Source: a candidate division FCPU426 bacterium
Lineage (GTDB): Bacteria > Oederibacteriota > JAAXVQ01 > JAUVAV01
Length of the DNA stretch: 64,000 nucleotides
Reading direction: 5' to 3'
NCBI GenBank assembly: GCA_030591525.1
Contig: JAUVAV010000008.1
Coordinates: 15,839-79,838 of the forward strand
Both the position numbers and the translations under genes were made by a program. The stretch's first letter is position 1. Each line of letters begins with the position of its first letter. Positions 1-8,632 of this stretch are shown here, one piece after another. The notes below the pieces were generated by a model. That model worked only from the letters and a program-made list of their open reading frames with translations. It did no database searches and had not been told where the DNA came from.

Positions 1-919
1 AGCCATGAGCGTGGGCGGCATGGAGCTTTATCACCGCCTGTATGCGCCTTTGCGCTTTAAATCCCTTCAGGCGCGTTCCCCAAATTGCCGGAGCTGTACT
101 CACAGAAAAACCGAGTTTACTTTTACTGCCCAAAACCCAGGCTGCCAACTGGAGTGCTTCTCCTCCATGGAGAAAATCCTGCGCCAGGAAAAAGACCGTC
201 TCGCAGCCGTGATTGTGGAACCCCTGATGCAGGGCGCCGGTGGTATATCATTTTATCCGGCGCAATATTTAAAGCAGTTGCGGGCCCTTACTTCGCAACT
301 GAATATTCTCTTAATTTTCGATGAAGTCGCCACCGGCTTTGGCCGGACCGGATCTATGTTTGCCTTTCAGCAGGCCAAGGTGGTGCCGGATTTCATCTGC
401 CTTTCCAAAGGCCTCACAGCCGGGTATCTGCCCCTGGCTCTGACCGTGACCCGTGAAAAAATTTACCAGGCCTTTTATTCGGATGACACCTCGGCCAAGA
501 CTTTTTTTCACGGCCACACCTACACAGCCAATCCTCTGGCCTGCGCGGCTGGCATTGAAAATTTAAAGCTTTTCAAACAAAAAAAACTCCCAGCCTCTCA
601 GGCCGCAGTAATGCGGCATTTCCATGGGAAACTGCGCGCTTTTAAAGACCTGGACTTTATTGGAGATATCCGCTATCTTGGCTTTATCGGCGCTGTGGAT
701 ATAGTCCGCAGCCGGAAAACTAAGACTCTTTTTGCTCCGGAATCCCGGATCGGATTCCAAATCTATGTCCAAGCTTTGAAAAACGGGCTGCTTTTGCGGC
801 CCCTGGGCGATACGATTTACTGGTTCCTGCCCCTGGTGGTCACACGAAAAGACATTGATATCATCATGACCAAAAGCCGGGAGTCCCTGCTGGCGGCCAT
901 CGCATCTGCAGACCGCTAA
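1..919 (+). CDS. bioA: Adenosylmethionine-8-amino-7-oxononanoate aminotransferase (class III PLP aminotransferase), 5'-truncated at the window edge
   Basis: The translation carries the PLP-aminotransferase class III core (DEVATGFGRTGSMFAFQ...LSKGLTAGYLPLA...THGHTYTANPLA). It is followed by bioF, bioG and bioC. The ORF runs to the window start, so the N-terminus is missing. Confidence 0.85.
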   Translation, partial: AMSVGGMELYHRLYAPLRFKSLQARSPNCRSCTHRKTEFTFTAQNPGCQLECFSSMEKILRQEKDRLAAVIVEPLMQGAGGISFYPAQYLKQLRALTSQLNILLIFDEVATGFGRTGSMFAFQQAKVVPDFICLSKGLTAGYLPLALTVTREKIYQAFYSDDTSAKTFFHGHTYTANPLACAAGIENLKLFKQKKLPASQAAVMRHFHGKLRAFKDLDFIGDIRYLGFIGAVDIVRSRKTKTLFAPESRIGFQIYVQALKNGLLLRPLGDTIYWFLPLVVTRKDIDIIMTKSRESLLAAIASADR

Positions 920-951
920 TTTATTAGCCGTTCGTTATGGCACCGGCAGTT

Positions 952-979
952 GTAGGGCGTTTAATTAAACGCCCCTACG
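952..979. terminator. Perfect GC-rich palindrome GTAGGG(G)CGTTTAATTAAACGCCCCTAC immediately 3' of bioA. It is a member of a recurring palindrome family.
   Basis: Inverted repeat read directly from the sequence. A nearly identical copy lies at 5649-5677. It sits 33 nt after the bioA stop codon. Confidence 0.5.
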
Positions 980-1083
980 TTTCGGTGGTGGACATCTCAG
1001 CTTTCGAGGGATTGAAAAAACAGCATGAAATATTTACGTGCAGAAAAGCGAATGGCTAATATATTACATGAAAGGTCAAGTTT

Positions 1084-2292
1084 ATGACATCACATTCTGA
1101 CCGCTATCAGGAATTCCACGCCGAACTGGAGCAGCTCAAAAGCCAAGACCAGTATCGCAGTTTGCGCCCCATAGAAAAACGAGAAGGTAAATACGTTTTT
1201 CTTAACAGCCAACCGCTGATTAATCTTTCTTCCAATGATTACCTTGGCCTGGCCACAGACCAGTCCTTGCACTTCCGGTTCTTCAGCGGCATCAATAATA
1301 ATAACGTAATCAATCATTTTGGGCTGGGCGCTTCGGCTTCCCGGCTTTTAACCGGCAGCCATGCCCCGTATGCCGCGCTGGAGCAAACTATTGCCACCCT
1401 TTACCAGCGCGAAGCGGCCCTGGTCTTTAATTCCGGTTATCACGCCAACCTGGGAATACTCCCCTCACTATTGGGACGGAAGGATGTCATTTTCTCTGAC
1501 CGGCTGAACCATGCCAGTCTGCTGGACGGCGCCCGGCTGTCCGGAGCCAAACTATATCGCTATCGCCATCTGGATTATAATCATCTTGAAAAACTTCTCT
1601 CCCAACACCGGGGAAATTTCAAGCGGGCCATAATTATATCGGAAAGCATTTTCAGCATGGACGGCGATCTGGTGGATTTGGCCAAACTGGTGGAACTAAA
1701 AACCCGGCATGATGCCTGGCTCTATATTGACGAAGCCCATGCCATGGGCGTACGCGGCCCCAGGGGGTTGGGTCTCTGCGAGGAACAAAATCTTATCCCA
1801 AAAATAGATCTTATCATGAGCACATTCGGCAAGGCCCTGGCTTCCCTGGGCGCTTTCGTGGCCGGAGACCGGGTAATTATAAATTACCTGGTCAATAAAA
1901 TGCGCCCGTTTATTTTTACCACTGCGCTGCCGCCCATTATAGTCTACTGGAATCTTCACCTGCTGCAGCAGGTCCCGGGATTTCAGGCTAAACGGGTCCA
2001 TTTGCGTCAATTAGCCTTACGTCTGCGGACCGCTTTCCAGGAAGCAGGCTTATCGACCTTGGGCGAGAGTCAGATTATCCCCCTGATAATCGGGGAGAGC
2101 TACCGGACTATAACCGCGGCGGAGAAACTGAAGGAAAAGGGCTTTCTGCTTTTCCCTATCCGGCCGCCCACGGTGCCGGTCAATACTTCCCGGCTCCGGA
2201 TTTCCCTGACAGCTAATTTAGACTGGGATGATGTCAAGGACCTGCCGGGCCTTGCGGCCCAAGCACTTCAGGAGGGAAAGAATACACCTTGA
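1084..2292 (+). CDS. bioF: 8-amino-7-oxononanoate synthase (alpha-oxoamine synthase family)
   Basis: 402 aa. PLP-dependent alpha-oxoamine synthase motifs are present (SNDYLGL, TGSHAPYAALEQ, FNSGYHANLG, DEAHAMG, STFGKALAS). It lies in the biotin cluster. Confidence 0.85.
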   Translation: MTSHSDRYQEFHAELEQLKSQDQYRSLRPIEKREGKYVFLNSQPLINLSSNDYLGLATDQSLHFRFFSGINNNNVINHFGLGASASRLLTGSHAPYAALEQTIATLYQREAALVFNSGYHANLGILPSLLGRKDVIFSDRLNHASLLDGARLSGAKLYRYRHLDYNHLEKLLSQHRGNFKRAIIISESIFSMDGDLVDLAKLVELKTRHDAWLYIDEAHAMGVRGPRGLGLCEEQNLIPKIDLIMSTFGKALASLGAFVAGDRVIINYLVNKMRPFIFTTALPPIIVYWNLHLLQQVPGFQAKRVHLRQLALRLRTAFQEAGLSTLGESQIIPLIIGESYRTITAAEKLKEKGFLLFPIRPPTVPVNTSRLRISLTANLDWDDVKDLPGLAAQALQEGKNTP

Positions 2293-2327
2293 AAGAACTG
2301 TCTTCCATAAGCCTTTTCTTCCAACCA

Positions 2328-2411
2328 TGTCATTCCGAGCAAAGCGAGGAATCTCTAAAATCCCTGGTTTTCGAGAAGATTCCTCGGTCGCTTCGCTTCC
2401 TCGGAATGACA
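2328..2411. repeat. Imperfect ~84-bp inverted-repeat hairpin element with arms TGTCATTCCGAGCAAAGCGAGGAATCT / AGATTCCTCG...CGGAATGACA (family A)
   Basis: Arms are read directly. Related copies lie at 5416-5505 and 61843-61934. It sits in the bioF-bioG spacer. The six-frame ORFs through it (e.g. 2228-2431, '..MSFRAKRGIS..') are produced by the repeat. Confidence 0.8.
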
Positions 2412-2455
2412 AAACCGGGGGAATGCTCTGAAAACCTGCTTGGGAGGTCTCTCCC

Positions 2456-3139
2456 TTGAACTCCTGCTGGCAAATCCGGGAAAACAGAAAAAAACTCCTG
2501 GTTTTTTTCAATGGCTGGGGTATGGACAGCCGCCCTTTTGCGCACCTGCGTAGCGGAAGTTTTGATGTTTTGATATTATACGACTATCGTTCTCTCTCCC
2601 TCCCGCTGGAATTCAGCCGGGATTTAGAGAACTACCAGGAAATATATATTCTGGCCTGGTCTCTGGGCGTCTGGGTCTGCCAAGCCTTGGGCGATATTTT
2701 CCCGAGCCAGCCGGTTTTTTCCCTGGCGCTTAACGGCACCGGCTCTCCCATCCATCCGCGTTATGGGATTCCGCCTGCCATCTTCAACACTACGCTTAAG
2801 AAACTTTCCCCCGCGGTCCTCGAAAATTTTTATGGCCGCATGTTTTCCCGGACGGAAGAAACCATAGGTTTCCTGCAAAATCCTCCGGAACGTCCCCTGT
2901 CCGAGCAAAGGGAAGAACTCGAATTCCTCCAACAGAGAATTTTAGCCGTTCCAACTTCCGGCCAAGAACAGCACTTTGACGCCGTGCTTATCTCTAAACA
3001 GGATCTTATCATGCCCGCACAAAACCAGCTGCGTTTCTGGAATAGCCGCTGCCCCTGCCATCTCCTGACTTCCGGTCATTTTCCTTTTTTTCGGTGGCAG
3101 CAATGGGAGTCTATTCTCGCTGAGGCCGGGTATGGATAA
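2456..3139 (+). CDS. bioG: Pimeloyl-ACP methyl ester esterase-like alpha/beta hydrolase (BioG/DUF452-like)
   Basis: 227 aa. Its N-terminus (LLVFFNGWGMDSRPFAHL) and a GxSxG-like nucleophile elbow (AWSLGVW) fit the small biotin-pathway esterases. It is positioned between bioF and bioC and overlaps bioC by 8 nt. The BioG versus BioH family assignment is uncertain. Confidence 0.5.
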   Translation: MNSCWQIRENRKKLLVFFNGWGMDSRPFAHLRSGSFDVLILYDYRSLSLPLEFSRDLENYQEIYILAWSLGVWVCQALGDIFPSQPVFSLALNGTGSPIHPRYGIPPAIFNTTLKKLSPAVLENFYGRMFSRTEETIGFLQNPPERPLSEQREELEFLQQRILAVPTSGQEQHFDAVLISKQDLIMPAQNQLRFWNSRCPCHLLTSGHFPFFRWQQWESILAEAGYG

Positions 3140-3881
3140 GGCCCGCATCCAACAGCGTTTTAAAAAATCCCTTTTGACATATAATACGCATGCCAAGGTT
3201 CAGGCACAAATGGCCGAGTGTTTAATTGAGCTTTTGATTAAAACCACAGGGCATACTTATAATCGTATTCTGGAGATCGGCTGCGGACCCGGCTTATTAA
3301 CCCGGAAACTTATGCAGCACTTCCGGGGAGCCCGCTTGTTCGCCAATGATCTGGTAGATGATTTTCAGGATCACATCCACCAAACTATTTCCCCGAATAT
3401 TCAATTCATTCCCGGCGATGCCGAGACCATCTCCGGTTTCCCCGGACAGCTTGACCTGGTTGTTTCCAATGCCGCTTTTCAATGGATGATTTCTCTGGAA
3501 ACCCTGCTGAAAAAACTCGAGCCCTTGCTCATGCCTAAAGGAATTATCGCCTTTTCTTCCTTTGGGCCGGGTCATTTTCCCGAGATTGCCCGGCTTCTGG
3601 GCCCCGGGCTCACATACCCGGATCCGGAGAATATGCCGGCACTTTGCGGATCAGCTTTTGATATTCTCTTCCGTCGCAGCGAGAGCATTGTCTTGTATTT
3701 TCCGAACGGCCTCGCGATGCTGCGGCATCTCAAGTCCACGGGCGTGAACAGCTTATACCAGACCGCCTGGTCAAAATCCGCGTTGCTCGCTTTTGCCGCT
3801 GATTACGAGCGCCGGTATAAATGCCCTCAAGGTGTATCTCTCACTTATCATCCTTTTTATTGTCTGCTGAGGAAAAAATAA
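3132..3881 (+). CDS. bioC: Malonyl-ACP O-methyltransferase (class I SAM methyltransferase)
   Basis: A SAM-binding motif I is present (ILEIGCGPGLLT). The protein is 249 aa, follows bioG with an overlapping start, and lies in a biotin operon context. Confidence 0.75.
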   Translation: MDKARIQQRFKKSLLTYNTHAKVQAQMAECLIELLIKTTGHTYNRILEIGCGPGLLTRKLMQHFRGARLFANDLVDDFQDHIHQTISPNIQFIPGDAETISGFPGQLDLVVSNAAFQWMISLETLLKKLEPLLMPKGIIAFSSFGPGHFPEIARLLGPGLTYPDPENMPALCGSAFDILFRRSESIVLYFPNGLAMLRHLKSTGVNSLYQTAWSKSALLAFAADYERRYKCPQGVSLTYHPFYCLLRKK

Positions 3882-3934
3882 CGGGCTATCCCAACAAAAT
3901 ATCGTTTCCATTTTTAAGTAATTATATTTATAAT

Positions 3935-4333
3935 ATGACCATGAATAAAGAAACAATAAACTGGCTTGATATGGTTGATTATGATATTACTACGGCTGAA
4001 GAAATGCTTAAAACTGGCCGGTATGTTTATGTTATTTTTATGTGCCATTTGGCAATAGAAAAAGCTCTTAAAGCTGTAGTGTGTGAAGCAACCAATAAAT
4101 TTCCTCCTAAAACCCATGATTTAATCCTGCTGGTTACTCTTAGTAAAATTGAGTTCGCCGATGTTTTATTGGATTTCATTGGGAAGATAAACAATGTTGC
4201 TATAGTTACCTGGTACCCCGAAGAATTATCAAAACTGGTTTCAAGTTACCCTAAAGAAATTGCTAAACAATATTTGGATAAAACCCTGGAGGCGATACGA
4301 TGTATAAAGCAGGATCCCAGGTTAAAGAGATAG
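3935..4333 (+). CDS. HEPN-domain protein (putative toxin of a HEPN/MNT pair)
   Basis: The sequence is helical and carries a conserved HEPN-like segment (HLAIEKALKAVV...KTHDL). The start was moved to ATG 3935 (MTMNKE...), downstream of the bioC stop. It overlaps the following MNT gene by 34 nt. Confidence 0.65.
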   Translation: MTMNKETINWLDMVDYDITTAEEMLKTGRYVYVIFMCHLAIEKALKAVVCEATNKFPPKTHDLILLVTLSKIEFADVLLDFIGKINNVAIVTWYPEELSKLVSSYPKEIAKQYLDKTLEAIRCIKQDPRLKR

Positions 4334-4623
4334 TAGAAAAATACAAAGAGACCCTGCAAAAGCGCGGTATTAAAGTTGACCGCATAATTCTCTATGGCTC
4401 TTTTGCGCAAGGCAGAGAAAGAGAGCATAGCGATATTGATCTGGTTGTGGTATCTGAAAATTTCCAAAAAATGAATCTTCGGGAAAGACTGGAAGTATTA
4501 GGCATGGCTGCCGCCAGGATTATGCAGCCTATTGAAGCAAAAGGTTATACTGCCGAGGAAATAGCATCTGCTCCTAACATTAGTTTTCTAAGTGAAATTT
4601 TAAAAGCGGGAGTTAACGTATAA
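4300..4623 (+). CDS. Minimal nucleotidyltransferase (MNT, Pol-beta superfamily) - putative antitoxin
   Basis: A GS...DxD nucleotidyltransferase signature is present (RIILYGSFAQGREREHSDIDLVVV). The protein is 107 aa and is translationally coupled to the upstream HEPN gene. Confidence 0.75.
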   Translation: MYKAGSQVKEIVEKYKETLQKRGIKVDRIILYGSFAQGREREHSDIDLVVVSENFQKMNLRERLEVLGMAAARIMQPIEAKGYTAEEIASAPNISFLSEILKAGVNV

Positions 4624-5205
4624 TCGGCTGATTCCATACTCACGAGCCAGTGCCAAAGAATCCGGATGTGCGGCCAGGCCGCGGCGCTTGAGATAATTAA
4701 GTTTGGCCCGGGCCACCGCGCTGACCGCGGCATCCAAATCCTTAAACGCCAGGACCCGGACGCGTTCTGCCGCGGCATGGGTGCGCAATTCTTCGCAATA
4801 GTCGGCAACATAGATTAACTTATCCAGCGGATGCATGCCCGGTCCTCCAATCGAGTGACGGGCTATGGCTCTTAATACTCCCGGATCTTTTACTCCGAAT
4901 TTGTGAAAAGCCAGGTAAGCGCCCACCGGATTATGCCACAGCTTAGGCTCGGCCCGAATGCCCGCATCCAGATAACGACCACTATATCTGTTTAAGAGTT
5001 TTTTCATCCGGCAATGATCTAAATCACGCGCGCAATCATGCAGTAGACCTGCCAGGTAAGCCCTCTGGCAGCCCACCCCAACTGCGGGAGCAAGTTCTGT
5101 TGCCAAACGAGCTGTGCTCAGGGAGTGCGCGTAGCGCCGGGCGGACAATAACGTCCGGAGTTTACGCTTAATACCGGAAAGGCCCTCCGGGTGGGCCGGG
5201 TTCAC
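4600..5205 (-). CDS. yqeK: HD-domain hydrolase YqeK (bis(5'-nucleosyl)-tetraphosphatase-like)
   Basis: An HD motif context is present (RYAHSLSTARLATELA...LAGLLHDCARD). The start was reassigned from the long ORF (5286) to an in-frame GTG at 5205. This GTG overlaps (GTGA) the stop of an upstream RBS-supported small ORF, and the upstream segment has no YqeK-like sequence. Confidence 0.75.
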   Translation of the reverse strand: MNPAHPEGLSGIKRKLRTLLSARRYAHSLSTARLATELAPAVGVGCQRAYLAGLLHDCARDLDHCRMKKLLNRYSGRYLDAGIRAEPKLWHNPVGAYLAFHKFGVKDPGVLRAIARHSIGGPGMHPLDKLIYVADYCEELRTHAAAERVRVLAFKDLDAAVSAVARAKLNYLKRRGLAAHPDSLALAREYGISRLYVNSRF

Positions 5206-5381
5206 CGCCCCAGGGCCAGCCACCCCAAAGCGCTGAGCAGAATACCCGCCGCCAACCAGATAATCAGTTTTCTTAGGGTATCCCAAGGTCCTACCGGAAT
5301 AGCCCGCAATTTGGCTGCATGTTCAGCAATGTCGAGTTCCTGCTTAACCGGCTTTTTAACCCGGGACTTCCTTCGAGCCAT
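5202..5381 (-). CDS. Small (59 aa) tail-anchored membrane protein, hypothetical
   Basis: The ATG is preceded by a perfect AGGAGG at a 5-nt spacing. The N-terminus is basic (MARRKSRVKKPVK) and one C-terminal transmembrane helix follows (LIIWLAAGILLSALGWLAL). The stop overlaps the yqeK GTG start. It falls below the cutoff of the supplied ORF track. Confidence 0.4.
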   Translation of the reverse strand: MARRKSRVKKPVKQELDIAEHAAKLRAIPVGPWDTLRKLIIWLAAGILLSALGWLALGR

Positions 5382-5415
5382 ATTAGCCTCCTAAAAAATG
5401 TTGTAAACGTATGCA

Positions 5416-5505
5416 TGTCATTCCGAGCGTTAGCGAGGAATCTCCACGAAAACGTTGAATTCAAGAGGCCGGTTGGAGATTTCTCGGCTGCGCCTCGAAA
5501 TGACA
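5416..5505. repeat. Family A inverted-repeat element (TGTCATTCCGAGCGTTAGCGAGGAATCTCC ... GGAGATTTCTCGGCTGCGCCTCGAAATGACA)
   Basis: It shares its termini with the copy at 2328-2411. It is adjacent to a half-copy of family C (5557-5600) and to the palindrome at 5649-5677. Confidence 0.8.
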
Positions 5506-5648
5506 AACTTGGTAAAATTGCTTAAAAATATTATTATGACACAGTCTCTCGAAGGAGAGGAATTATTTATATCTAAACCGACTAAATGCTCAGGCTCCTA
5601 CAACATGGAAATGTTGCATGCAACGTCTCTTCTATGCCACTCACGGGG

Positions 5649-5677
5649 TGTAGGGGCGTTTAATTAAACGCCCCTAC
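5649..5677. terminator. Palindrome GTAGGGGCGTTTAATTAAACGCCCCTAC (family D) downstream of the convergent ABC permease gene
   Basis: A perfect 11-bp stem read directly. It is identical to the copy at 952-979. Confidence 0.5.
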
Positions 5678-5702
5678 AAATGCCGGTGAAGTAAACCCGT
5701 TT

Positions 5703-6587
5703 TTAAACCTGCAGACCGTTGAAAACCACGCCCCGGACAATGTATCTTTGAAAAATAAAATATAGAAAAATCGTGGGCAGGGTAGTCAAGGTAACCACTG
5801 CCATAACCACGTTCCAGGGCTCACCGCCTTCGACCATCTTCTGTATCCCAACCATGAGAGTGTACATTTTAGGATCATTGAGCACGATCAAAGGCCAAAA
5901 GAAACTATTCCAGGTGGTTATAAACCCGAAAATCCCCAAGACCACCAGGATGGGTACCGATATCGGTAGAACGATTTTCCAAAATATCGTCCATTCGGAA
6001 CAACCGTCCAGGCGCCCGGCATCAATTAAATCCTTGGGTAAACGCCCAAAAAAGCTTTTCAATATTAAAATATTAAAAGCCGAGACCACGGTAGGAAGTA
6101 TCAAACCCCAGAAGGTGGAGATTAAGTTGGCATGCGGAAGATTCTGCGCTGGAAAACTCTTCATCACGAGATAAAGCGGAATTAGCAGGCTCTCGGCCGG
6201 AATCATTAAGGTGGACAGAAAAAGAATGAGCAGCAACTTGCCCCCGGGAGGACTCAATTTCGCCAGGGCATAAGCCGCCATAGCGGAAAGCAGCAATTGA
6301 CTGGCCACCACCCCGAAGCAATGTATCAGGGAGTTGAAAATATAGGTCGCAAACGGCACATACTTCCAGGCAATCATATAGGAAGTCCAGTCCAGATGAC
6401 CATAGAACCAGCGGGGCGGCCAACTAAACATGGCCTGGGCCGGAGCCAAAGAAGATGCCACCATCCAACTGAACGGGACCAGCGTCACTCCAGCGCCCAG
6501 GATGATAAACAAAATACCCAGCCCAAAAAATATTTTTACGGTTAGCCGTTTACGGTCGCTGACCGAGATCAGCCCGCTTGTCGCCAT
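5703..6587 (-). CDS. Carbohydrate ABC transporter permease (MalG/CUT1-type, 6 TM)
   Basis: A BPD-transporter inner-membrane component with the EAA-like region (LIDAGRLDGCSEWTIFWKIVLP). It is the last gene of the binding protein-permease-permease operon. Confidence 0.85.
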   Translation of the reverse strand: MATSGLISVSDRKRLTVKIFFGLGILFIILGAGVTLVPFSWMVASSLAPAQAMFSWPPRWFYGHLDWTSYMIAWKYVPFATYIFNSLIHCFGVVASQLLLSAMAAYALAKLSPPGGKLLLILFLSTLMIPAESLLIPLYLVMKSFPAQNLPHANLISTFWGLILPTVVSAFNILILKSFFGRLPKDLIDAGRLDGCSEWTIFWKIVLPISVPILVVLGIFGFITTWNSFFWPLIVLNDPKMYTLMVGIQKMVEGGEPWNVVMAVVTLTTLPTIFLYFIFQRYIVRGVVFNGLQV

Positions 6588-6590
6588 GGC

Positions 6591-8492
6591 TTATCCTCCT
6601 TCCGTTTCCAGCCGACGCAGCCGGAAAACCGTTATGAACAACAGCATAATCAAGAGCAGGATGGACAAGGCCGAAGCGTAACCTATATCCATATTAAAGA
6701 AAGCCTGTTTATATATGTACGTAGCGATGAATTCCGTGGAATTCATGGGCCCGCCATTGGTCATGATATAGACCTCGGTAAAGAGCTGCAGGGTGTTGAT
6801 GATGGTAATAATCAGCATAACGGCGATAACGCCCCGGAGGGCGGGAAAAGTTACATGCCGTACCTTATCCCATATGGAAGCACCATCGATCTCGGCTTCT
6901 TCATATATTGTCTCGTCAATATTTCCGAGCGCCGCAGAGTAAATTAAAATCGCCCATCCGGTGTTTTTCCAAATATATAACAGTACGAGAGAGAGCAGCG
7001 CCAGCTTGGGATTGGTCAGCCAGCCGATATGCGGATCCGCCACCCCGAGTAAGGCCACCAAGGCGTTAATCAGTCCATACCCTTGATCCATCATCCATTT
7101 CCAAAGAATCGCCGCGGGTACGGTAGGCATTAAAAATGGCAGAAAAAACAGGAATTTCAGCAGGCCTTTTCCCCAGCGAAGCTCATTAATAAAAATAGCC
7201 AGCACAATGGGAATCCAGAATCCCATGCCTAATGCCAAGACACAAAATCCCGTGGCATGCCACAAGGTACCCCAAAACATCTCATCCTGAAAAGCCCGGA
7301 CATAATTATCTATTCCGATAAACAGCGATTGTCCGGCCGGTTGGTAATCAAGAAATGAAAGCATCAGACCCTTTAGCATGGGATACCATGAAAAAAGAGA
7401 AAAAGCTATAAAGGCCGGCAAAAGGAAGAGCAGCGCAGCCCGGCGAATCCCGGACATGGTTTTCCGCCACTCCCCGGCCGGTCGCGCTCCCAGGTAATCA
7501 TCCAGCAGGGCCAGTTTGGAAGGCTTGACCGTTATTGACGGTACGGCTTTTGCCATCTTGGGAAGTTTAGGTTTGCGCTGCGGTCTTTCCCAACGCGCCT
7601 GCATCCGTTTACGCCGGAGTTCTTTCTGCGTAAGAAAAACCGGGGAGGGAGCAACCGGTGGTTTAGTTGCCGGCTCAGCCGGGGCCTGATCCTCCGGCCG
7701 CCCAACCTCTTCCGCCTTAGCGGAAACTTTAGCTATTCCAGGTGAAGTCTCAGCTGGCGGCGGCATGGGAGCTTCCGGCAGTTTAGAAACCTCGGTAATC
7801 TTCGGGGTTTCAGGAGCGCCGTGCACTCCGGGAGGCGGCGCACTGACAATTTTTGATATGGTTTCTTCCTCCGCCGCATCAATTTTCTCTGAAATCCGGA
7901 CGTCAGGTTCCAGCTGATTTTGATCGCGCAAATCAATAGTGGGCGGGGTTAGCTCAGTCTCGGTCTGCAAAAATTTATTTTTTAAAACCTGATCAGCGGA
8001 CGATTCCACCTCCTCAACCTCGGGGGGTAATCCTTCCGGCGGCATCGTCCCCAGCGGTTCCGGCGGTTCCGGCACTCCCGGCGGCTGGAAGGCATCGGGC
8101 GGTTCCGGCACTCCCGGCGGCTGGAAGGCATCGGGCTGCTCCGGCGACTCAACACTCGGCTCGATTTCATGAGTTTGCATCTGCCGCGTTCGGGGAATCA
8201 AGTCTTCCCAGGACGATTCCTCGTCTAAAACCGGCGTTTCTTCTTTTAGTTCTTCATCCCGGGTAACAATCGCCTCCTCTATTTTTCCCGACTGCATTCC
8301 TTTCCGATAACCCGCGCCCGCGATTGCCGGAGCCGGAGGACTTGGCGGTTCTTCCGGAACCATTTCTGAAGCCGAAGATATCTGTTCATCAACCAGAGAG
8401 CTGAGAAAATCATTTATTTGATTATCCGTTTGGTTGGACAGCAAACGATCAAAAAAATCCGTGGGTAATCTTTTTCTTCTTTGGGCTGACAT
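6591..8492 (-). CDS. Carbohydrate ABC transporter permease (MalF/CUT1-type) fused in frame to a ~340-aa Pro/Glu-rich disordered N-terminal extension
   Basis: The C-terminal ~290 aa form a typical permease (EAEIDGASIWDKVRHVTFP). The N-terminal 340 aa are acidic and proline-rich with a tandem QPDAFQPPGVPEPP repeat. Alternative internal starts (MAKAVPS / MSGIRRA) are possible. Confidence 0.8.
   Translation of the reverse strand: MSAQRRKRLPTDFFDRLLSNQTDNQINDFLSSLVDEQISSASEMVPEEPPSPPAPAIAGAGYRKGMQSGKIEEAIVTRDEELKEETPVLDEESSWEDLIPRTRQMQTHEIEPSVESPEQPDAFQPPGVPEPPDAFQPPGVPEPPEPLGTMPPEGLPPEVEEVESSADQVLKNKFLQTETELTPPTIDLRDQNQLEPDVRISEKIDAAEEETISKIVSAPPPGVHGAPETPKITEVSKLPEAPMPPPAETSPGIAKVSAKAEEVGRPEDQAPAEPATKPPVAPSPVFLTQKELRRKRMQARWERPQRKPKLPKMAKAVPSITVKPSKLALLDDYLGARPAGEWRKTMSGIRRAALLFLLPAFIAFSLFSWYPMLKGLMLSFLDYQPAGQSLFIGIDNYVRAFQDEMFWGTLWHATGFCVLALGMGFWIPIVLAIFINELRWGKGLLKFLFFLPFLMPTVPAAILWKWMMDQGYGLINALVALLGVADPHIGWLTNPKLALLSLVLLYIWKNTGWAILIYSAALGNIDETIYEEAEIDGASIWDKVRHVTFPALRGVIAVMLIITIINTLQLFTEVYIMTNGGPMNSTEFIATYIYKQAFFNMDIGYASALSILLLIMLLFITVFRLRRLETEGG
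8055..8140. repeat. Perfect 39-bp tandem duplication (ggcggttccggcactcccggcggctggaaggcatcgggc x2) inside the permease N-terminal extension
   Basis: Read directly from the sequence. It encodes the repeated peptide PDAFQPPGVPEPP. Confidence 0.85.
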
Positions 8493-8504
8493 CTCGATAC
8501 TCCC

Positions 8505-8632
8505 CTAGGAGTTTGAGCAATTGAAAATTGAACAATAGAAAATAGACCGCAATTGAGTTTTTTTATTGCTCTATTGTTCAATTTTCAATTGCTCAGAAAT
8601 AAAAAAATCAGACTAAATGCTCAGGCTCCTAT
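8505..8632. repeat. Family C miniature inverted-repeat element (variant copy) between the binding-protein gene and the permease gene
   Basis: Termini are CTAGGAGTTTGAGCAATTGA... and ...GACTAAATGCTCAGGCTCCTA, with an internal palindrome (aattgaaaattgaacaatag / ctattgttcaattttcaatt). They match the ends of the copies at 45685, 54633, 58511 and 61658. Confidence 0.8.

Noticed and set aside
2228-2431. ORF encoding '...MSFRAKRGISKIPGF...' and antisense partners 2218-2511 and 2330-2545
   Set aside because: They lie entirely within the family A inverted-repeat element between bioF and bioG. The same repeat at other loci is read in different frames, so the ORFs are treated as repeat artefacts.
4600-5286. 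Full-length 228-aa version of the yqeK ORF
   Set aside because: The first 27 codons have no YqeK-like sequence. They overlap a small ORF with a strong ribosome-binding site on another frame. An in-frame GTG at 5205 gives the expected ~200-aa HD protein.
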